NCBI GenBank assembly: GCA_030141605.1
Contig: JAQGDQ010000432.1
Coordinates: 128,553 to 192,552 of the forward strand
Length of the DNA stretch: 64,000 bases
DNA from: Tubiluchus corallicola
Taxonomy: Eukaryota; Animalia; Priapulida
Direction of reading: 5' to 3'
Positions within the stretch are counted from its first letter, which is position 1; every line of letters starts with the position of its first letter. The notes below the pieces were generated by a model, which was not told the DNA's origin, searched no databases, and worked only from the letters and a program-made list of their open reading frames with translations. Below, piece after piece: positions 18,873 to 32,154 of this stretch. Made by a program: the position numbers and the translations under genes.

Positions 18873-21615
18873 GAAGAACGCTGTTCTTAGCAGCTAGTGT
18901 ATTAAAACAGCTGGTAAGAACGCTAAGAACGCTATTCTTAGCAGCTAGTGTATTAAAGCAGCTGGTAGGAGTCACTTTTTAGAAGAGTTAACATATGAGT
19001 TGTTAAGAACGCTATTCTTAGCAGCTAGTGTATTAAAACAGCTGGTAGGAGTCAACTTTTTAGAAGAGTTAACATATGAGTTGTTAAGAACGCTATTCTT
19101 AGCAGCTAGTGTATTAAAACAGCTGGTAGGAGTCAACGTTTTAGAAGAGTTAACATGTGAGTTGTTAAGAACGCTATTCTTAGCAGCCAGTGTATTAAAA
19201 CAGCTGGTAGGAGTCACTTTTTAGAAGAGTTAACGTATGAGTTGTTAAGAACGCTATTCTTAGCAGCCAGTGTATTAAAACAGCTGGTAGGAGTCAACTT
19301 TTTAGAAGAGTTAACATATGAGTTGTTAAGAACGCTGTTCTTAGCAGCTAGCGTATTAAAGCAGCTGGTTGGAGTCACTTTTTAGAAGAGTTAACATATG
19401 AGTTGTTAAGAACGCTATTCTTAGCAGCTAGTGTATTAAAACAGCTGGTAGGAGTCACTTTTTAGAAGAGTTAACATATGAGTTGTTAAGAACGTTATTC
19501 TTAGCAGCTAGTGTATTAAAACAGCTGGTAGGAGTCAACTTTTTAGAAGAGTTAACATATGAGTTGTTAAGAACGCTGTTCTTAGCAGCTAGTGTATTAA
19601 AACAGCTGGTAGGAGTCAACGTTTTAGAAGAGTTAACATATGAGTTGCTAAGAACGCTGTTCTTAGCAGCTAGTGTATTAAAACAGCTGGTAGGAGTCAA
19701 CTTTTTAGAAGAGTTAACATGCGAGTTGCTAAGAACGCTGTTCTTAGCAGCTAGTGTATTAAAACAGCTGGTAGGAGTCAACTTTTTAGAAGAGTTAACA
19801 TATGAGTTGTTAAGAATACTATTCTTAGCAGCTAGTGTATTAAAACAGCTGGTAGGAGTCAACTTTTTAGAAGAGTTAACATATGAGTTGTTAAGAACGC
19901 TATTCTTAGCAGCTAGTGTATTAAAACAGCTGGTAGGAGTCAACTTTTTAGAAGAGTTAACATGTGAGTTGTTAAGAACGCTATTCTTAGCAGCTAGTGT
20001 ATTAAAGCAGCTGGTAGGAGTCACTTTTTAGAAGAGTTAACATATGAGTTGTTAAGAACGCTATTCTTAGCAGCCAGTGTATTAAAACAGCTGGTAGGAG
20101 TCAACTTTTTAGAAGAGTTAACATATGAGTTGTTAAGAACGCTGTTCTTAGCAGCTAGGTATTAAACAGCTGGTGGAGTCACTTTTTAGAAGAGTTAACA
20201 TATGAGTTGTTAAGAACGCTATTCTTAGCAGCTAGTGTATTAAAACAGCTGGTAGGAGTCACTTTTTAGAAGAGTTAACATATGAGTTGTTAAGAACGTT
20301 ATTCTTAGCAGCTAGTGTATTAAAACAGCTGGTAGGAGTCAACTTTTTAGAAGAGTTAACATATGAGTTGTTAAGAACGCTGTTCTTAGCAGCTAGTGTA
20401 TTAAAACAGCTGGTAGGAGTCAACTTTTTAGAAGAGTTAACATGTGAGTTGTTAAGAACGCTGTTCTTAACAGCTAGTGTATTAAAACAGCTGGTAGGAG
20501 TCAACTTTTTAGAAGAGTTAACATGTGAGTTGTTAAGAACGCTGTTCTTAACAGCTAGTGTATTAAAACAGCTGGTAGGAGTCAACTTTAGAAGAGTTAA
20601 CATATGAGTTGTTAAGAACGCTGTTCTTACACAAAAACCACTTTAGAAGAGTTAATTAGTTGTTAAGAACGCTTCTTAACAGCTAGTGTATTAAAACAGC
20701 TGGTAGGAGTCAACTTTTTAGAAGAGTTAACATGTGAGTTGTTAAGAACGCTGTTCTTAACAGCTAGTGTATTAAAACAGCTGGTAGGAGTCAACTTTTT
20801 AGAAGAGTTAACATATGAGTTGTTAAGAACGCTATTCTTAGCAGCTAGTGTATTAAAACAGCTGGTAGGAGTCACTTTTTAGAAGAGTTAACATGTGAGT
20901 TGTTAAGAACGCTATTCTTAGCAGCTAGTGTATTAAAACAGCTGGTAGGAGTCAACTTTTTAGAAGAGTTAACATATGAGTTGTTAAGAACGCTATTCTT
21001 AGCAGCTAGTGTATTAAAACAGCTGGTAGGAGTCAACTTTTTAGAAGAGTTAACATGTGAGTTGTTAAGAACGCTATTCTTAGCAGCCAGTGTATTAAAA
21101 CAGCTGGTAGGAGTCAACTTTTTAGAAGAGTTAACATGTGTGTTGTTAAGAACGCTATTCTTAGCAGCCAGTGTATTAAAACAGCTGGCAGGAGTCAACT
21201 TTTTAGTTAACATATGAGTTGTTAAGAACGCTATTCTTAGCAGCTAGTGTATTAAAACAGCTGGTAGGAGTCAACTTTTTAGAAGAGTTAACATGTGAGT
21301 TGTTAAGAACGCTATTCTTAGCAGCCAGTGTATTAAAACAGCTGGTAGGAGTCAACTTTTTAGAAGAGTTAACATATGAGTTGTTAAGAACGCTATTCTT
21401 AGCAGCCAGTGTATTAAAACAGCTGGTAGGAGTCAACTTTTTAGAAGAGTTAACATATGAGTTGTTAAGAACGCTATTCTTAGCAGCCAGTGTATTAAAA
21501 CAGCTGGTAGGAGTCACTTTTTAGAAGAGTTAACATATGCGTTGTTAAGAATGCTGTTCTTAGCAGCTAGTTTATTAAAAACAACTGGTAGGAGTAAATT
21601 GTTCAGAAGAGTTCA
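18873..21615. repeat. 81-bp tandem satellite (about 33 units)
   Basis: Unit GAGTTGTTAAGAACGCTATTCTTAGCAGCTAGTGTATTAAAACAGCTGGTAGGAGTCAACTTTTTAGAAGAGTTAACATAT, with 80-bp variants. Confidence 0.98.
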
Positions 21616-22078
21616 CTGTTGTAAACAAATATTATGAATACTTTTCTGCACAATGACTCTACGATCGTCTGCAATCGAACACCTCACCATAATTTGGTGG
21701 ACAAGACTGACCTCAAGGGACACATAAGGCTAATGCCCTCAATTTCCACAAAGTGTTTTAATATCATCGACTGTACCGCTGTTCATTGTAATCAGGGCGG
21801 ACTAGTTATTATGTCAGACTTGTGTGATATTATAACTGTATGAAATGCTATTTTAGTTTTGATTGACATAGAAAATGCCCCTCGGCGTTGCCTCGTGCAT
21901 ACAAATGTTTTTTCTTGCCCAGATACTAGCTGAAAAGGTACTATCAATGGTTTGAAGTTTATCTTCTTTTTTGTATACTCAGCAAATTTCCCCGAATAAG
22001 TAAATTAGCAATTAAGCAAAAAAGTTCATTCTCATTATTGAGTGACATGTTATTATGGACTGTGACTTTATCGTTTCA

Positions 22079-22438
22079 TTAGACATAGACATAGAACATT
22101 TATTTTCTCCAGTTAGTTTAACATCAAAAGTTTTTTAAATATTAAGTAATTATAATTATGGAGCAGGGCAGGGAAGGACCATAGGGTCATCTAGTCTCCT
22201 GCCCTTTCTTATAAATAGGTTAGTATATTAAAAATTAACGGTGATGCTGCAGATAACAAAAACAAACAAAAAAATACAAATAAAAACAGTATTAATGATA
22301 CAAATTATCCAAAAGCAACTGAAAACAAAAAATAATAAAGTTAGATACCTAAATCTAAACAAAACAATACAATTATTCAGTAATTAGGATTATTATATGT
22401 AGTAGTTTCAAATGGGGTCTTATTAACAGGGGAATTCA
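22079..22438 (-). mobile_element. CR1/L2-like LINE 3' UTR, copy A
   Basis: Reverse complement of about 25250-25609, with a (TGTCTA)n tail. Confidence 0.8.
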
Positions 22439-23629
22439 TCAAGCTCTTACCTGTATTACGTAATTCACAGACTTAATGTTTCGCATGGAGGTAGTATGTA
22501 TTTATAAGGTAAACTGAATTGTTTAGATCGGATATGTAGATGAAAGATTATATAGCCGCATATTATTTTTAAAACACAAGAGAACCCTTTGCTTAATTAA
22601 AGGTAAAAAATTCGTCTTGATATTTTGTATCACGTACGTACTGCCTTATTGCGCATAGAGCTTGTATTAGCAGTAACGCTGCATGAAATTGAAAATTTAA
22701 ACTCCCGTTATAGGCGGACCCAGTTTAACGGTAAGTGATTTGAAACAACTTTAAATGACATTGTGTAAAGTTTGAAAAAATAATCCGAACATTCGTAGCA
22801 CATTTTTCACCAACTAAGCAAAAGTTTGAATTGCTTTATCTTGTCAGTAACATTAAAAATACGTTTTTGGTGAGTTAGTGCTGCACATTTAGAAGGTGAG
22901 TCGGTGACTTGCTGCGAACATTTAAAATTTTTCTTTTCTTATCTTCCAAGCTGGTATGGGTAATGCAAAGCAATATAATTTTTTGTGTGGAAAGTTTTTG
23001 GGGCATATTTTAAAAAAATTTCCCCCATTTTCTTCCCCTTTAACTATTTTTATTTGTTTGGTATTCGAAGTTTTAAGTAACGACATTTATTAACATTACC
23101 GCTTTTTAAGATATTAAATAAACGTATTTAAATTGTGTGTTAACCGGTAAAGACCTAAACTTCGTAATAAAAAGTTTCAACAACGACAAATTAGGCAACC
23201 TTGGATAATTGTCTTTACGTTCTGACGACCCAAGTTCAACGCTCAACAAGGCAATTTTTTCCAATTACTCTTATCTTTGAAAACTTGCACTCGTGCGTGA
23301 GTCGCCCGGCCGACTGTTTCTTTTGTTTGTTTATTTTGTGCAAAAAAACCTGCCTCTCTTACTGCTTGCCCTTGTCCGCCAAATAGAAGTGTTTGTGTAT
23401 TTTTACTGCTTGGTGTTTGTATTGCTTTCGTTGATCTGTTAGAGTCTTTAGCTAAGTAATGATTGCCAGTAACTATTGTTGATTGCAGTAGTTAAAATGT
23501 TGCACCTGTATTTGAGAATACACCTGTACCTGTGCAGAGAATTATTGCACCTGTACCTACGTGTGTATTTAGAAGTTGGGGTAATCAAAGATTAAAATTA
23601 TTGGAAACAAAATAGAAAATTGTAAATTT

Positions 23630-24300
23630 GTTAACTATGATATTCATTCACTCGTACTTGGTTATTCATTTTATTCACTTGACACATCTCATTTGTTCGT
23701 TTGTTTGTTTCGTTGTTACTTGTTTATCCGTTCACTTAATTTGTTATTCATTCATTCATTCGTTCACTCATCTTACACATCTCGTTCGTTCGTTAGTGCA
23801 TTTTGTTCATTCATTCATTCGTTAATTCATTCATTTCACATATCTCATTCATTCTTTCGTTTGTTTTATTTGAAAATTTATTGCTTGCTTAGTTATTTGT
23901 CAATTTTGTCATTAATCATTCAATCACTCATTCATTCACTCATTTAATCATTCAATCACTCATTCATTCACTCATTTAATCATTCAATCACTCATTCATT
24001 CACTTATTTAATCATTCACTCACTCATTCATTCACTCATTTAATCATTCAATCACTCATTCATTCACTCATTTAATCATTGAATCACTCATTCATTCACT
24101 CATTTAATCATTCAATCACTCGTTCATTCACTCATTTAATCATTCATTCATTCAAACAGTTTTCCTTCACCATTTCACTATTATTTTTTACCCTTTCTAA
24201 TCACTTAGTTGTTCATTTGGTCTGTCATTGCCTCTCGCCCTTGCATTTGTTCAGCTGTCCCTTATTCGCTCACTTAGTCATTCATGCACTTGTTCGTTTT
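23630..24300. repeat. TCAT-rich low-complexity region with a roughly 32-bp minisatellite core (23910-24150)
   Basis: Repeats of TTCATTCACTCATTTAATCATTCAATCACTCA. Confidence 0.9.
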
Positions 24301-24539
24301 GTTTATTTTCTTGTTGTATGTTTGAGTTCAAATAATTTACAGGATTATAATATTTTCCAAACAGTAGATTATTAAAAGTTGATTCAATTTTTGCAGTCAT
24401 AAAATACAATCATCGTTAATTGAAACGTCTTGCTATTGCCCGTAAATGATGTCATTAAAAGACGTTGTCGTTCAACGTGTCTTTCTCCCGGTCGACGTTT
24501 TTGTCGAATGTTTGTGAGCATTTAGAATTCGAGTGGCGT

Positions 24540-25027
24540 TGTTCAGGTAAACGATTGTTCAGGTATTCTGCTTGAAACAGGTCGCTCTGACGCAGGTGTG
24601 ACCTGGAGAGGAATGCGCTGCCGATCGCTTCCTGCTTTGACGTCACGTGCGGGGCGGTTTCATCGGGGGGGGGGGAGGTAGGGGGTACAGAGAGCCTTTA
24701 CGGATAATCGGAGGGTTTCATCTGTCACCGAGATAAACCCATACAGCTATTCAAGATTGTGTCAGTTTAACATCTAGGACTGTTACACGATTCTTAGTGT
24801 TTGTTCTCAAAATCCACGAATCCTGCGCCTTTGGATCCGTCCCTGCCGTGACCCTTGTACAAAGCAGATATAATCAGCAAAGTTTATCCCTGAAGCGAAA
24901 CAGAACGCTATCAACTTTAGCACGCCTTCTTTACCTTTGTGAATTATATACCTTGGTTTACATGTCAATTTTTAAATTTACATATTGCACATGAATTGTT
25001 AAAATAAATTTATTGTAGCAATGATAG
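24540..25027 (+). promoter_or_regulatory. Candidate alternative promoter and non-coding first exon
   Basis: ETS-like CTTCCTG, overlapping CRE/E-box TGACGTCACGTG (24638-24649), GC box GGGGCGG, a G-run, and a downstream donor AG|GTGAGT at 25027. Confidence 0.4.
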
Positions 25028-25068
25028 GTGAGTTTCTAAGGCTCTAAACGAAAAACGGTTTTGATTAC

Positions 25069-25609
25069 CTGTAGTACATAACTTGTAAGACTAATAAGCA
25101 AGCTAGCAAGTTTTTTCTTTTCTTTTTTTCTCCTCCTCTCCTAAGTAATTGTTGCTCTTTCTCATACTAACTTTTTCTCATAAATTTTTCTACATTACAC
25201 TTATTTTTTCTTTCCATACTCTCAGTTTTTAACTTTACTCACTAACCTTGGTTAAATTCCCCTGTTAATAAGACCGCATTTGAAACTACTACATATAATA
25301 ATCCTAATTACTGAATAATTGTATTGTTTTGTTTAGATTTTGGTATCTAACTTTATTATTTTTTTTGTTTTCAGTTCTTTTTGGATAATTTGTATCATTT
25401 ATACTGTTTTTCTGATTATTTTTTTCTTATTTGTTTTTGTTATCTGCAGCATAGCCGTTAATTTTTAATGTACTAATCTATTTATAAGAAAGGGCAGGAG
25501 ACTAGATGACCCTATGGTCCTTCCCTGCCCTGCTCCATGATTATAATTACTTAATTTTTAAAATACTTTTGATGTTAAACTAATTGGAGAAAATAAATGT
25601 TCTATGTCT
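25069..25609 (+). mobile_element. CR1/L2-like LINE 3' end, copy B
   Basis: Highly similar to 35897-36450. Contains the hairpin GGGCAGGAGACTAGATGACCCTATGGTCCTTCCCTGCCC and the tail AATAAATGTTCTATGTCTA. Confidence 0.8.
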
Positions 25610-26164
25610 ATTACTGAGGAACTGCGTAAATTTGTTTCAGTCTTTCCAGTCCGATTTCATGAATTAAGAAACTTTTCTTGTAGTTGTGCAATCTCGATTC
25701 TGTTTCTGCAATAATAGTGATTTATAATCAAATTATTGTTTGTACACTCTGCTGTGGCTCAGGTCACCTACAGAGGTGCCACCTATAATCATTTTTCTTC
25801 TGTTTTTTCCCTTAAAGAATACTCGATTTCTACTAAAGCTAATCGTAGTACTTTATAATTAGTAGTGAGTTTACTTTTGTACAGCAGACTTGCGAAACTG
25901 ATTTCGTGAACAGGCTAACATCACTATTTTAAGCACAAGAAAACACTCTTCATAAATAAAACTTGAGAAATTTGTCTTGAAATTTTATATCAGTTTCATG
26001 CTGTCTTATTGTATTTAGAGCTTGCGTTAGCCGTAACGTATCGTTGTGCAAAGTTTGAAAAAATAATGAGAGCATTCGTAGCCCACTCTTCGCTAAAAAA
26101 ATTATTTCACATAGTTTTAGCATAGCGGCACCAAAATATAGGTAATGATTTACCAGTCCGTGCA

Positions 26165-26435
26165 CGGAAAATCAATAATGTTCAAAAGTTCAAATCATAC
26201 CTCAAAACTTATTTTTATAAACAAGCCTTTTTAATTCATCAGAAATCTAATATGGATTTATGGATGTAATTACGGCTGATTTTTATATACATGCAGTACG
26301 ATTTTAATTAAATTTATAACAGCCTATTGTGTATGTACTATTTATGTGTTAATATTTTAAGTACGTAAAATGCATTTGCCCATTTTTAGTGTTAATGCAT
26401 TTTAAATATTCAATAAATTATTATCCTTATTATGA
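26165..26435 (+). mobile_element. L2-like LINE 3' fragment
   Basis: Encodes FKSYLKTYFYKQAF, a typical L2 ORF2 C-terminus, followed by a UTR and an AATAAATTATTAT tail. Confidence 0.55.
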
Positions 26436-29400
26436 TTAGTAAGAGTTTTCTTTCCAGTCACATAAATCTTTAGAACAGGTAAGTGTAATGTTAAACAATA
26501 GAACTTTTTATGGAAGATTCTTTGGGAGTAAATTTCTGCCGTTTCCCTTAATACTGGATGACCTAGTTTCGACTGTAAGTTAAGTTCAGCATGTTCTAGT
26601 CACGTGTGGATGGGCGAGTAGATTATCAGTGCATGTATGTATGATAAGTTGAAACTTAAATTCGTGTAAGAAAATTGAAATATGTATTTTTTTTTTGTTG
26701 CTTTCTTATTTTTGCCTAATCATTATATTTGCTCATAATCACGCAAATGAAAGATGATTCGTGATTATTTTGTTTAAACGTGTCTTTGCTAGGGAGGGTA
26801 GTCTGATGTAGGATTTTGTGTTGAATGTTAACGTCCAGCTACAACGTTAAGGTGCTTTCGCACGGTGACAGAATATGCCGCGGATCTGGCGACAGTAGAC
26901 CCGGTGCGTACATTTCAAGCGACAAAGATATCACCGGATTTACCGCACGCGCACCGCACAAATCACACTCATGTGCAAATCGTCTTTAGACGACAGTAGA
27001 GAAAGTGTGCTCGCGTTAGAGCAACACAGTTGTCTATTGTTACGGGATCTACAGCTGAATCAATTGGCGATGAATGTTATATTTTGTAACATAATACCAC
27101 GCGATATTCTCGACTTTCTACACGACCCCTCCTCCCCCTCTTCCATAATAAGTTATTGTTCGCGAGCTGCCCTATTTTTGTCTTGCTCTAAACCGTTCGT
27201 CCTACAAGCACACTGCCTTGAGCTGTAGTAGAATAATGTGTGTCGCCCGACTTCCAAGGAATTAGTAATTACACATACTAAATTTGCCAACGTAAATTTT
27301 ATGTCTAACCTCTGTTAACAGTTCAGTGGGGATGTACAACTTAGAGCAGATTTGCTAAATACTGTCCAACGAGCGTACAATGGCCCATAGCTGATTCGAG
27401 AGCCTTTCTATTGTGATTGTAACTCGTTTACCTCTTTGACTACTATAAATTTCCATTGTCAGATCTCGTATCTGTCAAGATTAAATTAACGAAGGGCCTC
27501 TACGCATTCGCGAGGCATATTCGTAAATGCTGTCTGCACCCCGCGCATGGATACGCCATTGAACTCGCGTTTACTGGTGACACGTTTCAAAGAAATGGAG
27601 TATATATATGCATGCGAAGACCATTGGAAAAACTTGAAAAAGAACGCCAATTCTGGATAGTCAATTATTTCTAGTGTTCTAATACTGTCAGCACCGGCGT
27701 AATGTATGTATGCCTGTGGCAGTTTTTCGACAAAAAGCAGCTCGCCGGTCGAGCGATAGAGGGAACGAGGACACGACGAATTCTACCTTTTAATTGGGAC
27801 AATATTGCGCGGCTTTTGTGCGAGGAAGAACTATTGAACTTTTGACAATCGAGAGATCGACGCCGTTATGATCGCTGAGTAATTTATACGAATTTAAATC
27901 ATTTAGAACTTGATCTGTCTTGATACACTCGGCATGGGTCCTTGGCCTTGCATTGCGACAGCTTTCTTGACTAATGAGGTCAACACGTATGTTGACACTT
28001 GGCATAAATTTGAAACTTTAAATCGTACGTTGCAGAAAAAAGTTTAATTACCTGTGATAGGATAAACACTTGGTTTAGGCGGTTTCACAAATGACACTTA
28101 TTCACTGTAATTATAGCAAAAGGTTTAAGTCTCCCTGTGCCCTGTTTTCTAATCTAAAGGTCCGTGTTTGCCAACTTTTCTTCGTTCAAGGTTATCTTGT
28201 GTGCCAAAAATAAGAAGGCCTTTAACTGTGGATTGTCGGCTGGTAATTTTTTACTATTATGCGCATTCCTTCGAGTTTGACCAACATAACTGATTGCACA
28301 ATCATTACAAAAACCTGCAGGAAGTTCATACGTCGGTCTTTTGTAATGGAAACTAGCAGGAAATCCTGAGAAAATATTCGAGATTGAAGTTTGCTTATGT
28401 AATATTATTTTAACGGCGAATTTTTAAGAAGTTTCAAAATGGATTACGTCAATATGTGGTGTGATACACCTGTGACTGTTTGTCCTTCAGCTCACAGCCC
28501 CAACGCCTCTCTTCATATAACTTGTCTTGCTGAATCTTTATTGGCAATCTTCCAGATAAGCCCTGGTTTTTGTAAGAGAAAATATAGCTAGAACTTTCTT
28601 GGTACTAGAAAAGGGGAATTCCAGACTTGAGTGTGATTGCTCGTTTCATCAATTTAAATTATCAAGCTATTATTGTATATTTGTAACATATCTAAATAGA
28701 AATTTAAGTGGTATTCGTTTCTGTACAGCAAGGAATGCATGCTTCAGTTCGTAATATAAACAATAAACTTGCAAATTATATTAATTATGTAAAATGCTAA
28801 TTTTCAAATTGTTATCAGTCCGTTGGGGTATTGCAGATTGCAAGGTTCGAGTGAAGGTAAGGTTTAGTAAAAAAATCCATTACAAAAATAACCTAAAAGT
28901 TCAACTATTACCACCATGGCTATTTTTAGCAAATTTATGAAGTTTAATGAGCACTGTAACAGGGACTCCTGGCTGTTTTGTAAGTCAACTAATTTCTTCT
29001 TTCGCTTATTAGTTTTTAATAGAGTTATGGATCTATTGTTAAAGATGTGTTCCTCAAGGACTAGTCAGTATGGAATAATACTAGGATCCTTGAGCTTGAT
29101 ATGTGTGGCTCACGGGCAACACGCCTAGCTCTCTACCCACACCTGTACTTCGTCAAGGTTGGCAGTAAAATGTTAAGGTTCCTGTGTTTGAGGGACAACG
29201 CAACGTCTACTGCTCTACTTTTGACGACTGACCTTCATTGGATGATGTTTTTAAACAATAGCTTCCATGTGCTGCGTGTAATTTAGCCGTCCCAGAAGTT
29301 TTGTTTGTCGGCTAAGACGTTCACTTGCTTCTTAGTTGGCTAAAAACGTTCTCTTGTTGACCGGGAATTGATAATTAGTTTTGGAAATTTTCTAGTTTCT

Positions 29401-29865
29401 TATCTGATCCTTATCCTCTTGCCTAAAGCTTGTATTTTTCTACGTCTAAGACCTGTTGTATTGACTCATTATAGTGATAAACCGGTGGAAGATACCTGCA
29501 ATATTAGAGGACGTATTTTAGCCTCGTAAATTATTTAAATATTTAGCGAGAGCTTTCATCTTATCAGCGAAACACGAAAGGGGAAAACAGTACAGTATTG
29601 CACGATGTTGAATTTCTGTTCCCCGTTTTCCCAGTCCATTCCTACTAATAATTCGGTGGGATTTCCTGTAGGATTCTCCTCTGATTTGTTTGGTGAAAGT
29701 CACACGAAATCATGAAAAGAACGCATATATTCAGTACATATTAGGGACCAGTTCGACGAGAAAAGTAATAAAAGCCGAGTCAGTTTTTTGTCATTTGATT
29801 CGCGTTTTATTAGAAAGAATTTCCTTTGATTTTAGAAATAGCATAAATATTTTGTTATTATACAG

Positions 29866-30103
29866 AGAGACCTGCCTACGAATTGAGACTGGCAGGTGGA
29901 GCAGGACCAGACGAGAAAATAGAATATGTCAGTTTTGTGATTTGAATGTTGTTCAAACCCTTACCCATGCGGTCTTAGAATGTTCCGAAACTAAATATGC
30001 TGACTGTGTTGAACATATCAACTCTTTTATCACGCAACTTACTGTAAACAAAGCCAAATATTTGTATAAACTTGATAAATTTTGTGGAAATAATGATCTT
30101 TAA
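29866..30103 (+). mobile_element. Non-LTR retrotransposon ORF2 C-terminal (CCHC) fragment
   Basis: LRIETGRWSRTRRENRICQFC...HAVLEC is the cysteine-rich motif found after the RT domain in many LINEs. Confidence 0.75.
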
Positions 30104-30242
30104 TTAATTTTCATTAAAACATGTAAATATTTCCCGATTGCAATTAATATCACACTAGATATTTATATTTCATTTAATGATGCGTCTCGCTTTTCAATGG
30201 ACATATTGTTTTATAAGTTATGTTATGTTTTTGCTATCTTAC

Positions 30243-30282
<40 letters not shown>

Positions 30283-32154
30283 ACAATTCTTTTATTACTT
30301 ATTGGTAGCAATCTACCAATTCCCTTTGGAATTCCCCATCCATGCTACTGCGATCTCCAAGGAAGGCTTTAGTTTAAATTAGTGAAAACCACTTAGACCA
30401 GGCCCTATCCCGACTATAAGCAATGGCTCCCAACTTCCCACTACAGTCCTTATAGAGCTTTAAAGAAAACAATATCGTTTTTCAGCTTATTATCTTATTT
30501 TGAAAGTTCTATCCTTTATTTATGGAACGGCAGTCACGACCTTTAAAGCTGTCATTATGAGTCTAATAACAGCAGACTACTCAAGCCGAACACAGGAAGT
30601 TCAATAATCTATATCTCTTGCTTATTCCCTTCGCAATCCCCCCTCTTTACCTTGTGTTTGCCATCACAGGAAATTCTTGTTCAGTGACGACGCTGCGCCG
30701 TGCTGCAGCAGCAGCTGAGAGCCATAATCTATAATCTACAGGTAGCAGCGCAGTAGTACAGGTGGGCTAGCCTACAGGATGTAATTTTATAACAGGATTG
30801 ATTCTGAGATTCCAAGTTTTTCTAATTTCCTGGATGCAGTAGCGTGCGTGCCGTGTTGTTGTAAACAGCTTTTTGTGCTCCAGTGGGAAGTCATATTGAA
30901 CCACTGCTTCGAGTTTGCTCGGGTGTATTAGCTGTACGGTGTTGAAGAGACGTTATTTTAGTGCAGGTAACAACGCTTACCGTTACAAGTACATACCTCT
31001 AGTGTAAATTCTACACGATGTGATAATATCATCCCGGTATTAGTGTGGCTGAACAGTTGAACTGTATATCTTAGTATCTGGCGGAGTTATTAATTAGTCT
31101 ATGAAATCAACAGATGCTGTGATACGACTGAACTCTGTAAGCATGTAAATGTTTTTTCATTTCATGATGGTTGATGCATTTAGAGTGCCGATTATTAAGC
31201 TAATGTTGTTTGTTTGTTTATTTATTGTTTGTTGTCTTAAAGTAAACATTAGGGTGCGGCGCATGCGTGTTGTTGTTAAGCTGCTTGATTCCTTGACATG
31301 TTGCGTTACAAAGCGCAGCTGACGGTAAAGACTGAGGAGCGTTTCTTTACTATTTTTTACTTGTTAGTCACAAATTATATGCATTTGTACACAAGTAAAA
31401 AGTAGGCAAAAAATTATGAAGTCATGATTAATACGAAGGTTAAGCCTACGAATGGATGACAGGAAGGAACTAAATCCTCAAACAAGTCACAGCCTGTCAT
31501 CCAGCCAGATGTAGGTACATACTACATAATATTAAAATAAAAATTAAAATATCTTAAAAATTACGTATGTTTAAAGAAATTTACACGAATTTTTCTAAAG
31601 ATAATCACAAATAAAATAAGTGACAAATAAAAGACAAGCTGCAAATAAAATTAAATGCTAAAAGTAGAAAAACTGTGGTTTACGAGGCCTAAGATTACAA
31701 AGCGTGTCCTTTGAACTATAAAATGACGAAAGTTTTAATTCAGTTTTGTATGTAGATAATAGAAATAGTTGTGCAGGTGAGCCTGGTCCGAAAAATAAAC
31801 ACACGTGTAACATGAATATGTCATACACACAAACAACACACTGTCAGTTCTACTGGTGAAAGCAGTTTAATAGTGCTAGTCGTTGTAAGTAGCCTAGGTA
31901 TTGAAGCTTAATGGCTCCTTTGTACCTGTGATCTTATTATTATACAGTCACATTGATGCTGATGGGAAATGTCACCTGTTTATTCATAATAATAAATGGG
32001 TAAGGAGGTTGTGTAGGCTGTTCGTTTAGCTTGTGAATAATATGACCTTTCTCATGTAATAATATGATGTTTTCTGTGCTGTCCAAACCTGTCTTTGAGT
32101 TCAGTCACTTGAGTGTGTCTTTATTTACTGTTATTCTTCGTTATTTTCAGCACG

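Noticed and set aside
18972-21524. Overlapping ORFs on both strands with 27-aa repeats
   Set aside because: A by-product of an 81-bp unit. The 80-bp variants frameshift them and there is no splice context.
18873-21615. CRISPR-like regular array
   Set aside because: No unique spacers, no cas genes, and the context is eukaryotic.
27680-27705. miR-8/200-like start TAATACTGTCAG
   Set aside because: The match stops after 12 nt and no complementary hairpin arm is evident.
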